DNA of 33,229 nucleotides from a virus (IMGVR_UViG_3300020202_000177:1-33229), one strand, 5' to 3'; shown: positions 7,437 through 16,116, numbered from the stretch's first letter. Made by a program: numbers and translations. Notes: generated by a model not told the origin, from the sequence alone.

Positions 7437-7873
7437 TTCCCGAATCTTGCGAAATTCCTTTTGGTAATACTGCTCTAGCAAAACGAATTTTAATAGCACT
7501 TTTATTTTCCAAAAAAGGTCAGGCAGTTAGATATCGGATAGACCATGCGCCAAGCCCTCACAATCTGCGAATGAGGATTATCGAAAATGCAAAGCGCGTC
7601 GGAATGCGAGTAGAAACAAAAACAAAGGGGGATGGATTTATTTATGTTTTTTACAAAGGAGAATTTAATAAAAGAATCTTTGAAACACTTAGCGTTGATA
7701 TTGATCGTTTTAATAAGTCTGCAAGGATGCGCCGAAGTGCCAATGCAAGAAAGGCTGCTTTACTCTCAGCCCGAAGGATCGAACGAAAGCCCCGAAGAAC
7801 TCCGTTAAATAAAGATTTTGGGTCAATTATCAGAGGCAGGAAGCTTTTAAACCAGTTTAAAAAAATTGCATGA
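7433..7873 (+). CDS. Hypothetical basic protein
   Basis: 146-aa ORF, translationally coupled. Confidence 0.6.
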   Translation: MIPESCEIPFGNTALAKRILIALLFSKKGQAVRYRIDHAPSPHNLRMRIIENAKRVGMRVETKTKGDGFIYVFYKGEFNKRIFETLSVDIDRFNKSARMRRSANARKAALLSARRIERKPRRTPLNKDFGSIIRGRKLLNQFKKIA

Positions 7874-8070
7874 TTTATAAATTTAAAAAAATATTTACCT
7901 CTATAAAAATTAATAAGAGCGTAGCGTCTGGAATGATTAATTTAATTAATAAAAAAACATACGAAGCAAATCAATGTCTGAATCATGTGTTGAATTATGC
8001 GATGCAAGAAAGTTACAGAAGATACAGAAGAGGAAAGAACCGCTGTCTTAGATGCGGATTAAAGTTGTAA
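7870..8070 (+). CDS. Hypothetical protein with C-terminal CxxC
   Basis: ATGA overlap; ends CLRCGLKL. Confidence 0.55.
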   Translation: MIYKFKKIFTSIKINKSVASGMINLINKKTYEANQCLNHVLNYAMQESYRRYRRGKNRCLRCGLKL

Positions 8071-8258
8071 TCCCTCTCGGCGTGGCGGGTCGCGGAGGAA
8101 ACCACTAACTGCGAGTCTGAATCTTTGAAGGTGGAGTGGATTCCTCAAAGATAAGCGCCGAAATGACCATCGGGTGGCTAGGGGTAAGAGCGCGAATAAG
8201 ACGTATTCTAATTCGATGTCTTGACCGAGACTTAACCTGCCGCCGAGTTGGGATTGCG
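8066..8258 (+). ncRNA. Putative multibranch structured RNA, domain A
   Basis: Closing stem 8066-8090/8235-8258 (GTAATCCC..CTCGGC..GGCGGGT vs ACCTGCC-GCCGAG..GGGATTGC). Internal hairpins 8090-8095/8109-8114, 8121-8128/8145-8152 and 8198-8204/8216-8222. Confidence 0.55.
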
Positions 8259-8268
8259 AAGAGGAAAA

Positions 8269-8408
8269 TGGCTGGAGTAAAAATGGCACTCCGCGTAAGT
8301 CCAAATTGTTTCTAAGTAGTCGGCCCGGGTGCAACAAGAAGTGCCTACGTATGCCGGGAAGCGTTGGCCCCGATGAAATCAAACTTGAGGCGGCGGCTCC
8401 AGCCACCA
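8269..8408 (+). ncRNA. Putative structured RNA with tRNA-like acceptor stem and ACCA end, domain B
   Basis: GGCTGGAG (8270-8277)/CTCCAGCC (8397-8404) followed by ACCA; no canonical T-loop. Confidence 0.45.
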
Positions 8409-8435
8409 ATAACCCCAGGGATGGGAGGAGAGAGC

Positions 8436-8618
8436 GTGAAGAAGAAAAAGAAGCTGATAAATATTCCGATTGATATGAGCAACGAAACTCTTATCGCATT
8501 AAGAAATGCGGGACTCATTGAAATCAATATTCGCTTTCGTCCTAAACCTGAGAAGCTTCTTTGGAACATTATGAAAATGATGCAGTACGTTATGCCTGAA
8601 GGAAAGAAAATATGCTAA
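8436..8618 (+). CDS. Hypothetical protein (60 aa)
   Basis: GGAGGAG RBS before GTG 8436, in frame with track ORF 8364..8618. Confidence 0.55.
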   Translation: MKKKKKLINIPIDMSNETLIALRNAGLIEINIRFRPKPEKLLWNIMKMMQYVMPEGKKIC

Positions 8619-8830
8619 GGGCGCCTTTCTCATTTTCCGGTAGGATTAAATATCAGTCTTATGAGGGACAAATATACATCCTTCCTTCCGATACCATGCG
8701 CCAAGAATTAGTACAGGTTTCGGGCTGGGGGGATTACGATCCACCGCAGTCACCTCCTTTTGGACGTAAGAACCATCCAGCGTCAAGAATGGGGTGCGTC
8801 CATGGAGCGAAGAGAGAGAAGGCGCCCTTA
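8616..8830 (+). ncRNA. Putative multibranch structured RNA, domain C
   Basis: Perfect 12-bp closing stem TAAGGGCGCCTT/AAGGCGCCCTTA. Internal GGAT-TACG-ATCC hairpin (UNCG-type loop) and TGGACGTA/TGCGTCCA stem. Confidence 0.55.
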
Positions 8831-8871
8831 AGCGCGTTAAATCATATGATTCAAAAAAAGAGGTGTCAAGC

Positions 8872-9042
8872 ATGAAGGAAAAAGAAGCGATCAAAATATT
8901 TTTAGCGAAGAGCCAACACGGGAAAAAAACGATCGAGAAGCTGAAGAAGTGGGACAAGAATAAAAATCTAACTGAAAATGCAGAACTGATTGGCGCAACG
9001 GTTCAGTATGCTTACAGATTAGCGCGGAAGTTTGAGCTATGA
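8872..9042 (+). CDS. Small HTH-like protein
   Basis: GAGGTG RBS; NLTENAELIGATVQYAYRLARK resembles a helix-turn-helix. Confidence 0.55.
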   Translation: MKEKEAIKIFLAKSQHGKKTIEKLKKWDKNKNLTENAELIGATVQYAYRLARKFEL

Positions 9043-9215
9043 AATCCCCCTGCCCCCGTTGCGGTCACGGTGCGCCGCTGAAGGAAATAAAGAAAGAGGA
9101 AGCGATCAGGCAAGAGCTTGAAAGAAAAGTTTCTAATCTTGTGTACTGTTTCCTCCAAGATGTGCAGGGTCTTGTAAAAGAGGCATATGAAAAAGGCAAA
9201 GCAAAGTGCAAATAA
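9039..9215 (+). CDS. Hypothetical protein (58 aa, N-terminal CPRC)
   Basis: ATGA overlap; manual translation MKSPCPRCGH...AYEKGKAKCK. Confidence 0.55.
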   Translation: MKSPCPRCGHGAPLKEIKKEEAIRQELERKVSNLVYCFLQDVQGLVKEAYEKGKAKCK

Positions 9216-9266
9216 TGCACGCACTGAGTTATCCGGCAAAACCGGAGAGCTGAAAGGGAGAGCGAG

Positions 9267-9431
9267 ATGAGCGAGGCCGACAAGATGATTGAAGTTTTCA
9301 TTAAGCGCTACAAAGGCAAAACTGTTTATCGCGTCCTCAATGATGTTGTGAATCACCAATGCTCATTAGCTTTAGCGGAAAGAATTATTTATTACTACTT
9401 CCGAAAACAAAGACGCAGGAGAGCAAAATGA
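9267..9431 (+). CDS. Hypothetical protein (54 aa)
   Basis: GGGAG RBS; stop overlaps the next ATG. Confidence 0.55.
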   Translation: MSEADKMIEVFIKRYKGKTVYRVLNDVVNHQCSLALAERIIYYYFRKQRRRRAK

Positions 9432-9997
9432 GAGAGAAGATGCATGAAAGAAAAGACTGTTATCACACTTCAAAATATCCGCCTATTCACAATGTTTGTT
9501 TCTGCGATGTTTGCGGCGAATCCTTTATTGTTGGCTGGCAAGCAAAGGATGCTCCGAATGAAGAGAAGAAGCCAATGCATTGTTTTTGTAGCGAGAAAGT
9601 TTTTTGCTCCATTCATATGCCGCACCCGCAATCTCTAAGAAATAAGCCCCAGGAAGCGAAGGAGGAAGGCGTGAGGGAATGGCCTTGTGAGCATATTTCT
9701 TTTGATCCTGATTTTGTTGGAAAATTCCATTATGTAAAAAAAGTTCATGGCGGCATTGGATATGTTCCGCTTGAAGTAAATTATTGTGAGAAGTGTGGCG
9801 CAAAGCGTCCGGCTGAGAAGCGGAAGAGGTTGGCGACGATCTTAAAGAATAGCAAAACTCATTGTCAGTATTTAAACGATGAAACATGTGAAGAGATTGC
9901 CTCTGTCGCAATCGAAGAAGTCTGCCGGGTGATCGATGCTTGCATGGGGGCTTCGATGGATGCGGATTATCTTAAAGAACGGCTTCGATCTCTATGA
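9428..9997 (+). CDS. Cys/His-rich hypothetical protein
   Basis: GGAG RBS at start 9428; several C/H clusters (CDVCG, CSIH, CEKCG). Confidence 0.65.
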   Translation: MREKMHERKDCYHTSKYPPIHNVCFCDVCGESFIVGWQAKDAPNEEKKPMHCFCSEKVFCSIHMPHPQSLRNKPQEAKEEGVREWPCEHISFDPDFVGKFHYVKKVHGGIGYVPLEVNYCEKCGAKRPAEKRKRLATILKNSKTHCQYLNDETCEEIASVAIEEVCRVIDACMGASMDADYLKERLRSL

Positions 9998-10185
9998 CCG
10001 AGAAGGTTTACTGTAAGGATTGTAAGTGGAAGCTAGACGACGATTTCGAATGGTGTGATTACCGAAACGAATTCACAGGAACCGCTTATTTTTGGCGCGA
10101 TAGAAAGACTGCTAAAAACGGCAACGGTGATTGCCAAGACTTTGAACGCCGTCCTCCCTCCTGGCTCAAGCGGGTGTTTGGATGA
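9994..10185 (+). CDS. Small Cys-rich phage protein
   Basis: VYCKDCKW...C...NGNGDCQDFE; coupled. Confidence 0.65.
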   Translation: MTEKVYCKDCKWKLDDDFEWCDYRNEFTGTAYFWRDRKTAKNGNGDCQDFERRPPSWLKRVFG

Positions 10186-10373
10186 AAGCGATTCTGATTG
10201 ATCGGAAAGAGTTTACAAAAACAATCGAGATTAAAGAACTTCGGGAAAGGATTCTTTGGGCGGTGTTTCAGCCGATTGTCAGTAACGATTACGACCTTAA
10301 GCCAACTGAGCCGTTGGAATTTATTTACGGCGGAAAAAACGGAAAAGGAATACCCCTTTACTATGAAGTTTAA
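10182..10373 (+). CDS. Hypothetical protein
   Basis: ATGA overlap. Confidence 0.55.
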   Translation: MKAILIDRKEFTKTIEIKELRERILWAVFQPIVSNDYDLKPTEPLEFIYGGKNGKGIPLYYEV

Positions 10374-10391
10374 CGGCACAAAAGGAGAGAA

Positions 10392-10628
10392 ATGAGCAGA
10401 GTTGATGATTATCCAGAAGATTGCGTCAGAATAAAAAGGTTAGCCGAAAAAATGGGGCTGAATATTACGCTAGAAAAAGCCTCAGATATTTGGAGTGATC
10501 ATTCAAACGACTATTGTGCTGGCTGGATGATTCTTCCTAAAAATGATGAAGAGATTAAAGCTATCATTGCAGAGAAAACAACAATCGAAGATTTAAATTG
10601 TCCTCATTGCGGAAAGAAAATTTCATGA
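10392..10628 (+). CDS. Hypothetical phage protein with C-terminal CPHC
   Basis: AGGAG RBS; W..HS.DYCAGW motif. Confidence 0.7.
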   Translation: MSRVDDYPEDCVRIKRLAEKMGLNITLEKASDIWSDHSNDYCAGWMILPKNDEEIKAIIAEKTTIEDLNCPHCGKKIS

Positions 10629-10894
10629 CCGCGCCGAAGTTTGAGCCACAAAAAGAAGCAATTGTGATTCAACATCATTTACGCAAGGCTTTGAATGATT
10701 ACGGATACGAAATCGAAGATGATTATTGTTTAAATGAAATAATTGCTGGTCTAGAAAAAGCCTACGCCCAAGGAAAAGAAGATGCCGCGAAGATTGCAGA
10801 GAAAAGCTTGGAGCATTACAGCGAAGACAAAGATGGAAATAAATATTGGGTGTATTGTTCAGATGTGTCCGCCGCAATCAGAGGCGCAAAATGA
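10625..10894 (+). CDS. Hypothetical phage protein
   Basis: ATGA overlap; EDAAKIAE...C..VSAAIR motif common in small early phage proteins. Confidence 0.65.
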   Translation: MTAPKFEPQKEAIVIQHHLRKALNDYGYEIEDDYCLNEIIAGLEKAYAQGKEDAAKIAEKSLEHYSEDKDGNKYWVYCSDVSAAIRGAK

Positions 10895-11025
10895 CCTGTC
10901 ATAATCACCCTGTTTATAATCCAAAATGTGACCTGTGTGTTAGCGAAAGAAGATACTGCAACTGTAAAGATCAATCATCTGGCCAAGATTGTTCGGAACA
11001 TGATCAGAGAGGCGCAAATGGCTAA
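10891..11025 (+). CDS. 44-aa Cys/His-rich mini-protein
   Basis: GAGG RBS; MTCHNHPVYNPKCDLCVSERRYCNCKDQSSGQDCSEHDQRGANG. Confidence 0.55.
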   Translation: MTCHNHPVYNPKCDLCVSERRYCNCKDQSSGQDCSEHDQRGANG

Positions 11026-11248
11026 GAGGGTGACGAAATGGCCTTATTGTGCCTTTTGTAAATTCTTCGGACACGAAACTAACAGACACCATGAATTTTC
11101 CAGCGTTCCTTCTATGATTGTGCATATGAGTTCAAAAGAATTTCTTATTGATTATATTCAGGGTCTGCATGAAACGATTCGGTTTTATCAGAATAAGTTA
11201 GACAAGTTGAAGGCCGCCGCGAAGGAGAAAGGCCGAGGAGAGAAATAG
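11018..11248 (+). CDS. Hypothetical protein (CxxC...H, coiled-coil end)
   Basis: GAGG RBS before ATG 11018, within track ORF 10928..11248. Confidence 0.6.
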   Translation: MAKRVTKWPYCAFCKFFGHETNRHHEFSSVPSMIVHMSSKEFLIDYIQGLHETIRFYQNKLDKLKAAAKEKGRGEK

Positions 11249-11590
11249 ATGAGTGAGAATGAGAGGATTGTGCGCTCTATTGTTCAAACTAAGTGTGAAA
11301 CTTCTGTTCATAAATTAGAGCAACACTATACTTGTAAATATTGTCTTTTCGCAATAGATGCTGCAATGGTATCTGCCCTCGACACCAAAGACGCAGAGAT
11401 TCGCCGCCTGATGGATGAACTTGCTGATTTCAAACAAGGCGCACAAGTAGAAGCTGACGAAGCAGACAGATTGAGGAAAGAAAATGCCGCGCTGAAAGAA
11501 GCGTTGGAGCAGATAAACCGACAGCTTTATACGACAGCGAAAGATAAATTGAGATCAATAATTAAAGCCGCGCTCGAAGGTGGGAAGTGA
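11249..11590 (+). CDS. Coiled-coil hypothetical protein
   Basis: GAGGAG RBS; heptad-rich C-terminal half. Confidence 0.7.
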   Translation: MSENERIVRSIVQTKCETSVHKLEQHYTCKYCLFAIDAAMVSALDTKDAEIRRLMDELADFKQGAQVEADEADRLRKENAALKEALEQINRQLYTTAKDKLRSIIKAALEGGK

Positions 11591-11611
11591 AAAATTGCAA
11601 ATTGAGGGGTA

Positions 11612-12046
11612 ATGTCTGAGCCTGAGTCCAAAGCTGAAGGAAACGTAAAAGACGGATATTTAGTTGTTAATAATTTATATGCCGACCCATATCAAAACAT
11701 TGTAGCGGCTATGGTTTATAACGCCGTTTTGGAGGCCAGATTAAAGTACGAATATTGTTATCACAAAAAAAAGGCTGTAAGAGTTAAAAAAGACGCTTTA
11801 GAATTTATTTTCTCTTGGGAGTTTGAATATTGGGTCGAACTCGCCAAAATCAACATTAGCCCCGAAACTATCCGCCAATCTCTCCGAAAAGAACTTTCAA
11901 AATATCCAGAAATGAAAGAAATATTGACAGACCCAAAATATAACTCACCGAATAGACTAGCGAGGATTCGGAAAAATGATAAAATATGCCTAAATTTATC
12001 CGGGACAGACCCGGAAAAAACGTCTGATATGGGGGTATCAGGCTAA
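11612..12046 (+). CDS. Conserved-type phage protein, possible late transcription regulator
   Basis: DPYQNIVAAMVYNAV...ALEFIFSWEF pattern; last early gene before a terminator and the packaging module. Function inferred from position. Confidence 0.55.
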   Translation: MSEPESKAEGNVKDGYLVVNNLYADPYQNIVAAMVYNAVLEARLKYEYCYHKKKAVRVKKDALEFIFSWEFEYWVELAKINISPETIRQSLRKELSKYPEMKEILTDPKYNSPNRLARIRKNDKICLNLSGTDPEKTSDMGVSG

Positions 12047-12098
12047 CAGCGGAGAACAATTTATTCTTTCACTATCCCCCAATAGTGGAAAACAACGC

Positions 12099-12145
12099 AA
12101 AGCCAGTTTAAAGGGCGTCTGCTCTTTAACTGGCTTTTTCTTTTT
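12099..12145 (+). terminator. Intrinsic terminator at the early/late boundary
   Basis: AAAGCCAGTT-t-AAAGGGC-gtct-GCTCTTT-AACTGGCTTT then TTCTTTTT. Confidence 0.75.
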
Positions 12146-12186
12146 ATGAGCGATCCGTCTAAAAGCCCGTTATTAAAGGACTTACG

Positions 12187-12429
12187 ATGCCTAAGAAGAA
12201 AGGCAAGGCTAAAGCTAAAAAAGCTCCTAAAACTAGAGCATCTAAGCGAAAACCACAAAGCACTAGGCATTATCAATTTGTTGGGAAAGTTTTTCTAATG
12301 AACAACACCAAAACAAACAACAAAGCCTTTTGTGTGAAGTGCGAAAAGGAAATGCGGAAAATAGCCTGGATGATAAAAAACGTCTTTTATTGCCATGAAC
12401 ACTATAACGAGGAACTTAAAAATGAATGA
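12187..12429 (+). CDS. Basic hypothetical protein with CxxC...CxxH
   Basis: AAGGA RBS; Lys-rich N-terminus. Confidence 0.55.
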   Translation: MPKKKGKAKAKKAPKTRASKRKPQSTRHYQFVGKVFLMNNTKTNNKAFCVKCEKEMRKIAWMIKNVFYCHEHYNEELKNE

Positions 12430-12706
12430 AATCTTTGATGCTGTCCGGGAAGAGGCAAAAGAATTTAAAAGGTGGAGTGACCCGAAACGCTTTCTATTCG
12501 AGGATTTGGTCGTGTATTTATGTCTTTTTGGTCTTGCTTTGCTTTTCGATCCTCTTGTTATCCTTTTATCTAAAGCCAATATTGTTTTATTTCCGCATGA
12601 AGTGGGAGTCCATCCGCTTGAAATAGGGAAGGGGCAATTTCTAGTTTTAGTTTTTTCAGCGGTTCAGTTTTTTAGGAAGTTTCTGGATTGGAGATATCAC
12701 CGATGA
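12422..12706 (+). CDS. Two-TM membrane protein (holin candidate)
   Basis: GAGG RBS; two hydrophobic segments and a basic C-terminus. Confidence 0.5.
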   Translation: MNEIFDAVREEAKEFKRWSDPKRFLFEDLVVYLCLFGLALLFDPLVILLSKANIVLFPHEVGVHPLEIGKGQFLVLVFSAVQFFRKFLDWRYHR

Positions 12707-12813
12707 GAATCGTTGTTTTAATCGCCTTTATCTTTTTAGCTGGTTGCGCCACAAAGCAAAAGTGTGACCGAATCAGTCCTAAAGGCGATTGTTTAGTCTT
12801 TTACGCGATCTAA
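12703..12813 (+). CDS. 36-aa lipoprotein
   Basis: MRIVVLIAFIFLAG|CATKQKCDRISPKGDCLVFYAI; perfect lipobox LAGC; GGAG RBS; ATGA overlap. Confidence 0.7.
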   Translation: MRIVVLIAFIFLAGCATKQKCDRISPKGDCLVFYAI

Positions 12814-12861
12814 CTAGAATTATATAAATATTTACGAATCAACAATTTAAGGAATTGAGCT

Positions 12862-13086
12862 ATGGGAAGCAATCTTTCGAGTGCCGAGAAGCAGGGGAAA
12901 AGGAAAATCCTCGAATGGGCCTATAAGCATTTCAACACTTTAAAAGAGTCAACGAAGGTTAGGATTTGGGAAAAGATTTATGACAAGTCCGAGCCTGATG
13001 TTATGGAGTTGAGAGGGAATGTCGAGCATCCGGTCAGAGTTATCTTTAGAGCTGCCCCCGATTTACCTGAACAAAAAGCAAGATGA
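12862..13086 (+). CDS. Probable terminase small subunit (very short)
   Basis: AAGGA RBS; directly upstream of and overlapping terL; C-terminal MELRGNVEHPVRVIF tail typical of TerS. Confidence 0.55.
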   Translation: MGSNLSSAEKQGKRKILEWAYKHFNTLKESTKVRIWEKIYDKSEPDVMELRGNVEHPVRVIFRAAPDLPEQKAR

Positions 13087-14329
13087 ATATATTTTCGCCA
13101 CTGAAGAGTTTGTCTGTATCAAGGGAACCTTTGGTTGCGGGAAAAGTATCGCGGCTCTTTTATCAGCGAATAAAGAATGTGAAGAACATCCTGGGAATTT
13201 GTACTTGATTCTAAGAAAAGAATACATCGATTTAAAGAATTCGACTCTTAGAGACTGGAACGACTGGATAGGCCGCCCGGTAATTGGAAACGAAGTTAGA
13301 TACGAAAACGGTTCGATTTTGCTCTTTGGTCATGGGGACGACATAAACGCTTTGAAGAACGCAAATTTAGGTGGGGCCTTGATGGTTCAGGCCGAAGAAA
13401 TGTCGGAACAGGATTTTTGGTTTGTTAAAGGACGGTTGAGAAGAAAGCAAGGCACAAGACAGTTAAGGCTTGAGTGTAACTATGACGGAAAAAACTGGAT
13501 TTATAAATTATTCAATAAAGAGGACAGCCCGATTAAAGCTGCAAGACGTTTGATCCTTACCAATACTTTTGATAATGAGAAGAACCTTCCTCCGGATTAC
13601 ATCCCGGGACTCATGATGTATCCCCAAAAACTTCAAGAGCGTTATTTATACGGAAGTGACGCGGACATGGAAGGGGCTATCTTTGATGAATTTAAAGAGT
13701 CCGTCCATTTCATCAACCCCTTTGACATCCCCGAAGGCTGGAACCGCATAGTATCTTTGGATCATGGTTACACGAATCCGACGGCCGTTTTGTGGGGAGC
13801 CGTTGACCATGACGGAAATATTTATATATACGATGAACATTATGAAGCTGGTCAGCTTGTGTCTTATCACGCCTCAGAAATCAACAAACGGAATAATTCC
13901 AATGTCTCTGATTGGCTGATAGACCCAAGCTGCAAGAACAAAACAAACCAGAAAAACGGAACTATCTTTTCGGTCATTGATGAATATCAAGATTATGGCA
14001 TTAGCTTCAGACCCGCGAATAACTCCGTTTTAGCAGGGCTTAACCGCGTTAACGAATATTTTAAAGCGAAGAAACTATTCATTTTTAAGACCTGTCAAAA
14101 AGCAAAAGAAGAAATTGACGGCTATAAATGGAAGCAGTTAAAGCCGGGCCAACAGAGAAACAATCCTGAAGAACCCATTAAGAAAAATGACCACGCTTGT
14201 GACGCGCTTAGATATTTAGTTATGTCGAGGCCGTCTTTGACGGAAGTCTTACCGCCGCCTATTAAACGCTTTTCAGTTAGAGACTTTGAACTCATGGAAG
14301 AACGCCAATCCATGCAAGAGGACGAATGA
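13019..14329 (+). CDS. terL: Terminase large subunit
   Basis: Walker A KGTFGCGKS; RNaseH-like nuclease motifs SLDHGYTNPTA, IDPS and NDHACDALRY. Confidence 0.95.
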   Translation: MSSIRSELSLELPPIYLNKKQDEYIFATEEFVCIKGTFGCGKSIAALLSANKECEEHPGNLYLILRKEYIDLKNSTLRDWNDWIGRPVIGNEVRYENGSILLFGHGDDINALKNANLGGALMVQAEEMSEQDFWFVKGRLRRKQGTRQLRLECNYDGKNWIYKLFNKEDSPIKAARRLILTNTFDNEKNLPPDYIPGLMMYPQKLQERYLYGSDADMEGAIFDEFKESVHFINPFDIPEGWNRIVSLDHGYTNPTAVLWGAVDHDGNIYIYDEHYEAGQLVSYHASEINKRNNSNVSDWLIDPSCKNKTNQKNGTIFSVIDEYQDYGISFRPANNSVLAGLNRVNEYFKAKKLFIFKTCQKAKEEIDGYKWKQLKPGQQRNNPEEPIKKNDHACDALRYLVMSRPSLTEVLPPPIKRFSVRDFELMEERQSMQEDE

Positions 14330-16116
14330 ACGAAACACCCGAAGCACCCGAGCAAAAATTAGATATCGATAAGTGGTTTACGCGCATTAAGTCCGCCGAG
14401 CAGTACATGAAAGACGAATTTAAACCGCGCTACGATTTAGCCCGTAAAAGGCTACGATCGGAATTAAGTATTGTGACCGCAAAAGGCGGCAGACCTTCTC
14501 ATGAGTCGGTCAATCTTCTCTATGCAATCGGGAATTCTTATGTGAACTCGGTTATCTTTAAAAACCCGGATGTAAATTTAACCGCAAGAAATGATGAAGA
14601 GCGCGAAGCGGTAGAAAATACCGAAGTAAAAATAAACGAATTCCTAAAAGACAAAAGAGTTAAGAAAGTTGTGAAACGCGTTATTTGGGACGCTTTTTTA
14701 GGAGGCTTTGGGGCAAGATACGTCGATTACGAATACGAAGATTACGAGACACAGGAACCGTTACTTGATGATATGGGCCAGCCCATGCTCAAGCCGGACG
14801 GAACACCGATTCTAAAAAGAGTCGCTACGAAGAATAAGCCATGTGTGAAGCGTGTAAGGCCCGATCTAGTCCGCATTCCAAGAGGTTTTGATTTTGATGA
14901 ATATGAAGAATCGCCTTTTATTGCGTTTGATCTTTTAATCCCGGCTGAAGATGTGAGAAATGATAATTCTTTCGATCAAGTTTTGAGGATGCAGATTAAG
15001 GGAAAACCCTATCAGTCTGTATCCGATCAAGAAAAAAGAGTCGCTAAAAAGTCCCAAGAAGCAGACGTTTTATACGCAAGGCTCCACTACATTTTTACCA
15101 AGCCGGAATTTTCAGGGGATACATATAAACTCTTAGTTCTTAGTGAAGAAGTAAAAGACGGGCCTTTGAAGCATGAAGAATTTGAAAAAGGGCAAGAAGG
15201 CTATCCGATCAAGTTCCTTCATCACAACCCGTTAGATGATGATATTTCGTATCCTTGTGGGGATGCGTGGCTTTCTGAATCTCAGTTTAGAGCGATTGAT
15301 GATTACTGGGTCAGGCTTTGCCGACACGTAAAAAAATCCAATCCGAAATGGATTGTTGATACAAATCACGTAACGACACAAGACGTCCAAAAATTAAAAT
15401 CAAATGATGACCTTGAATATGTCGGCATTAAGCCTAAAACAGCTGGTGTTCCTTTAGCAAACATCATTCAGCCCTTAGAGCATCCGACCATTAACCCGAA
15501 CAATCAAGAGTTTTTAACTTACTCCGAGAATATTTTAAATCGTATTGCCCCACGTTCTGCGGTCTTTTTGGGAGATGCCAGCCAAAAGAAAACGGCTACT
15601 GAAGCTTCGATCATTCAGGGCGGGGAAAACATTGATATTGATTCAAGAATCGATGATATTCGGGAATTTTTCATTGATTTAGTCCGTGATTTAGCCGGTC
15701 TTTATGTTCAAAATTTAGTCGGAACCACGATTGTAAAAGGTAAAGACGCAAACGGAAAAGAATTTTCAAGGCCCGCCGACAAGACAAAATTTTCCACGAA
15801 CTTTGAAGTAAATATTGACGTCATGTCCATGCAAGCGCCGAACCGTGAAGTTCACCGTAAGCAGTTTATGGACATGATGGGTCTATTACAAGTCTTTGAG
15901 CCTTCTCTAAACCGAATCGGAAAGACAGTCGACCCTCTTTTCTTCCTTCCGAAAGTTTTAGACACGTTTGGAGTAAAAAATGGGGAACAGGCAATTGTCG
16001 ATTTACCTATTGGAGCCATGATGCCTATCCCTGGCGAACCAGTCCCGACTCCTGAAACGATAACTGGGGCCGAACCTCCCGCCGCTGCGGAGTTTGCGAG
16101 GGCCAATCAAGTATGA
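14326..16116 (+). CDS. Portal protein (P22-like)
   Basis: 596 aa immediately after terL; KKTATEASI motif typical of podoviral portals. Confidence 0.85.
   Translation: MNETPEAPEQKLDIDKWFTRIKSAEQYMKDEFKPRYDLARKRLRSELSIVTAKGGRPSHESVNLLYAIGNSYVNSVIFKNPDVNLTARNDEEREAVENTEVKINEFLKDKRVKKVVKRVIWDAFLGGFGARYVDYEYEDYETQEPLLDDMGQPMLKPDGTPILKRVATKNKPCVKRVRPDLVRIPRGFDFDEYEESPFIAFDLLIPAEDVRNDNSFDQVLRMQIKGKPYQSVSDQEKRVAKKSQEADVLYARLHYIFTKPEFSGDTYKLLVLSEEVKDGPLKHEEFEKGQEGYPIKFLHHNPLDDDISYPCGDAWLSESQFRAIDDYWVRLCRHVKKSNPKWIVDTNHVTTQDVQKLKSNDDLEYVGIKPKTAGVPLANIIQPLEHPTINPNNQEFLTYSENILNRIAPRSAVFLGDASQKKTATEASIIQGGENIDIDSRIDDIREFFIDLVRDLAGLYVQNLVGTTIVKGKDANGKEFSRPADKTKFSTNFEVNIDVMSMQAPNREVHRKQFMDMMGLLQVFEPSLNRIGKTVDPLFFLPKVLDTFGVKNGEQAIVDLPIGAMMPIPGEPVPTPETITGAEPPAAAEFARANQV

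Noticed and set aside
8269-8408. tmRNA or functional tRNA
   Set aside because: No GTTCRANYC T-loop, wrong length and no tag reading frame identified; kept only as a tRNA-like end.
8059-8957. Track ORFs 8059-8409(-), 8345-8569(-), 8612-8875(+) and 8646-8957(-)
   Set aside because: No convincing RBS or protein-like composition; likely open by chance in GC-rich structured sequence or as antisense shadows.
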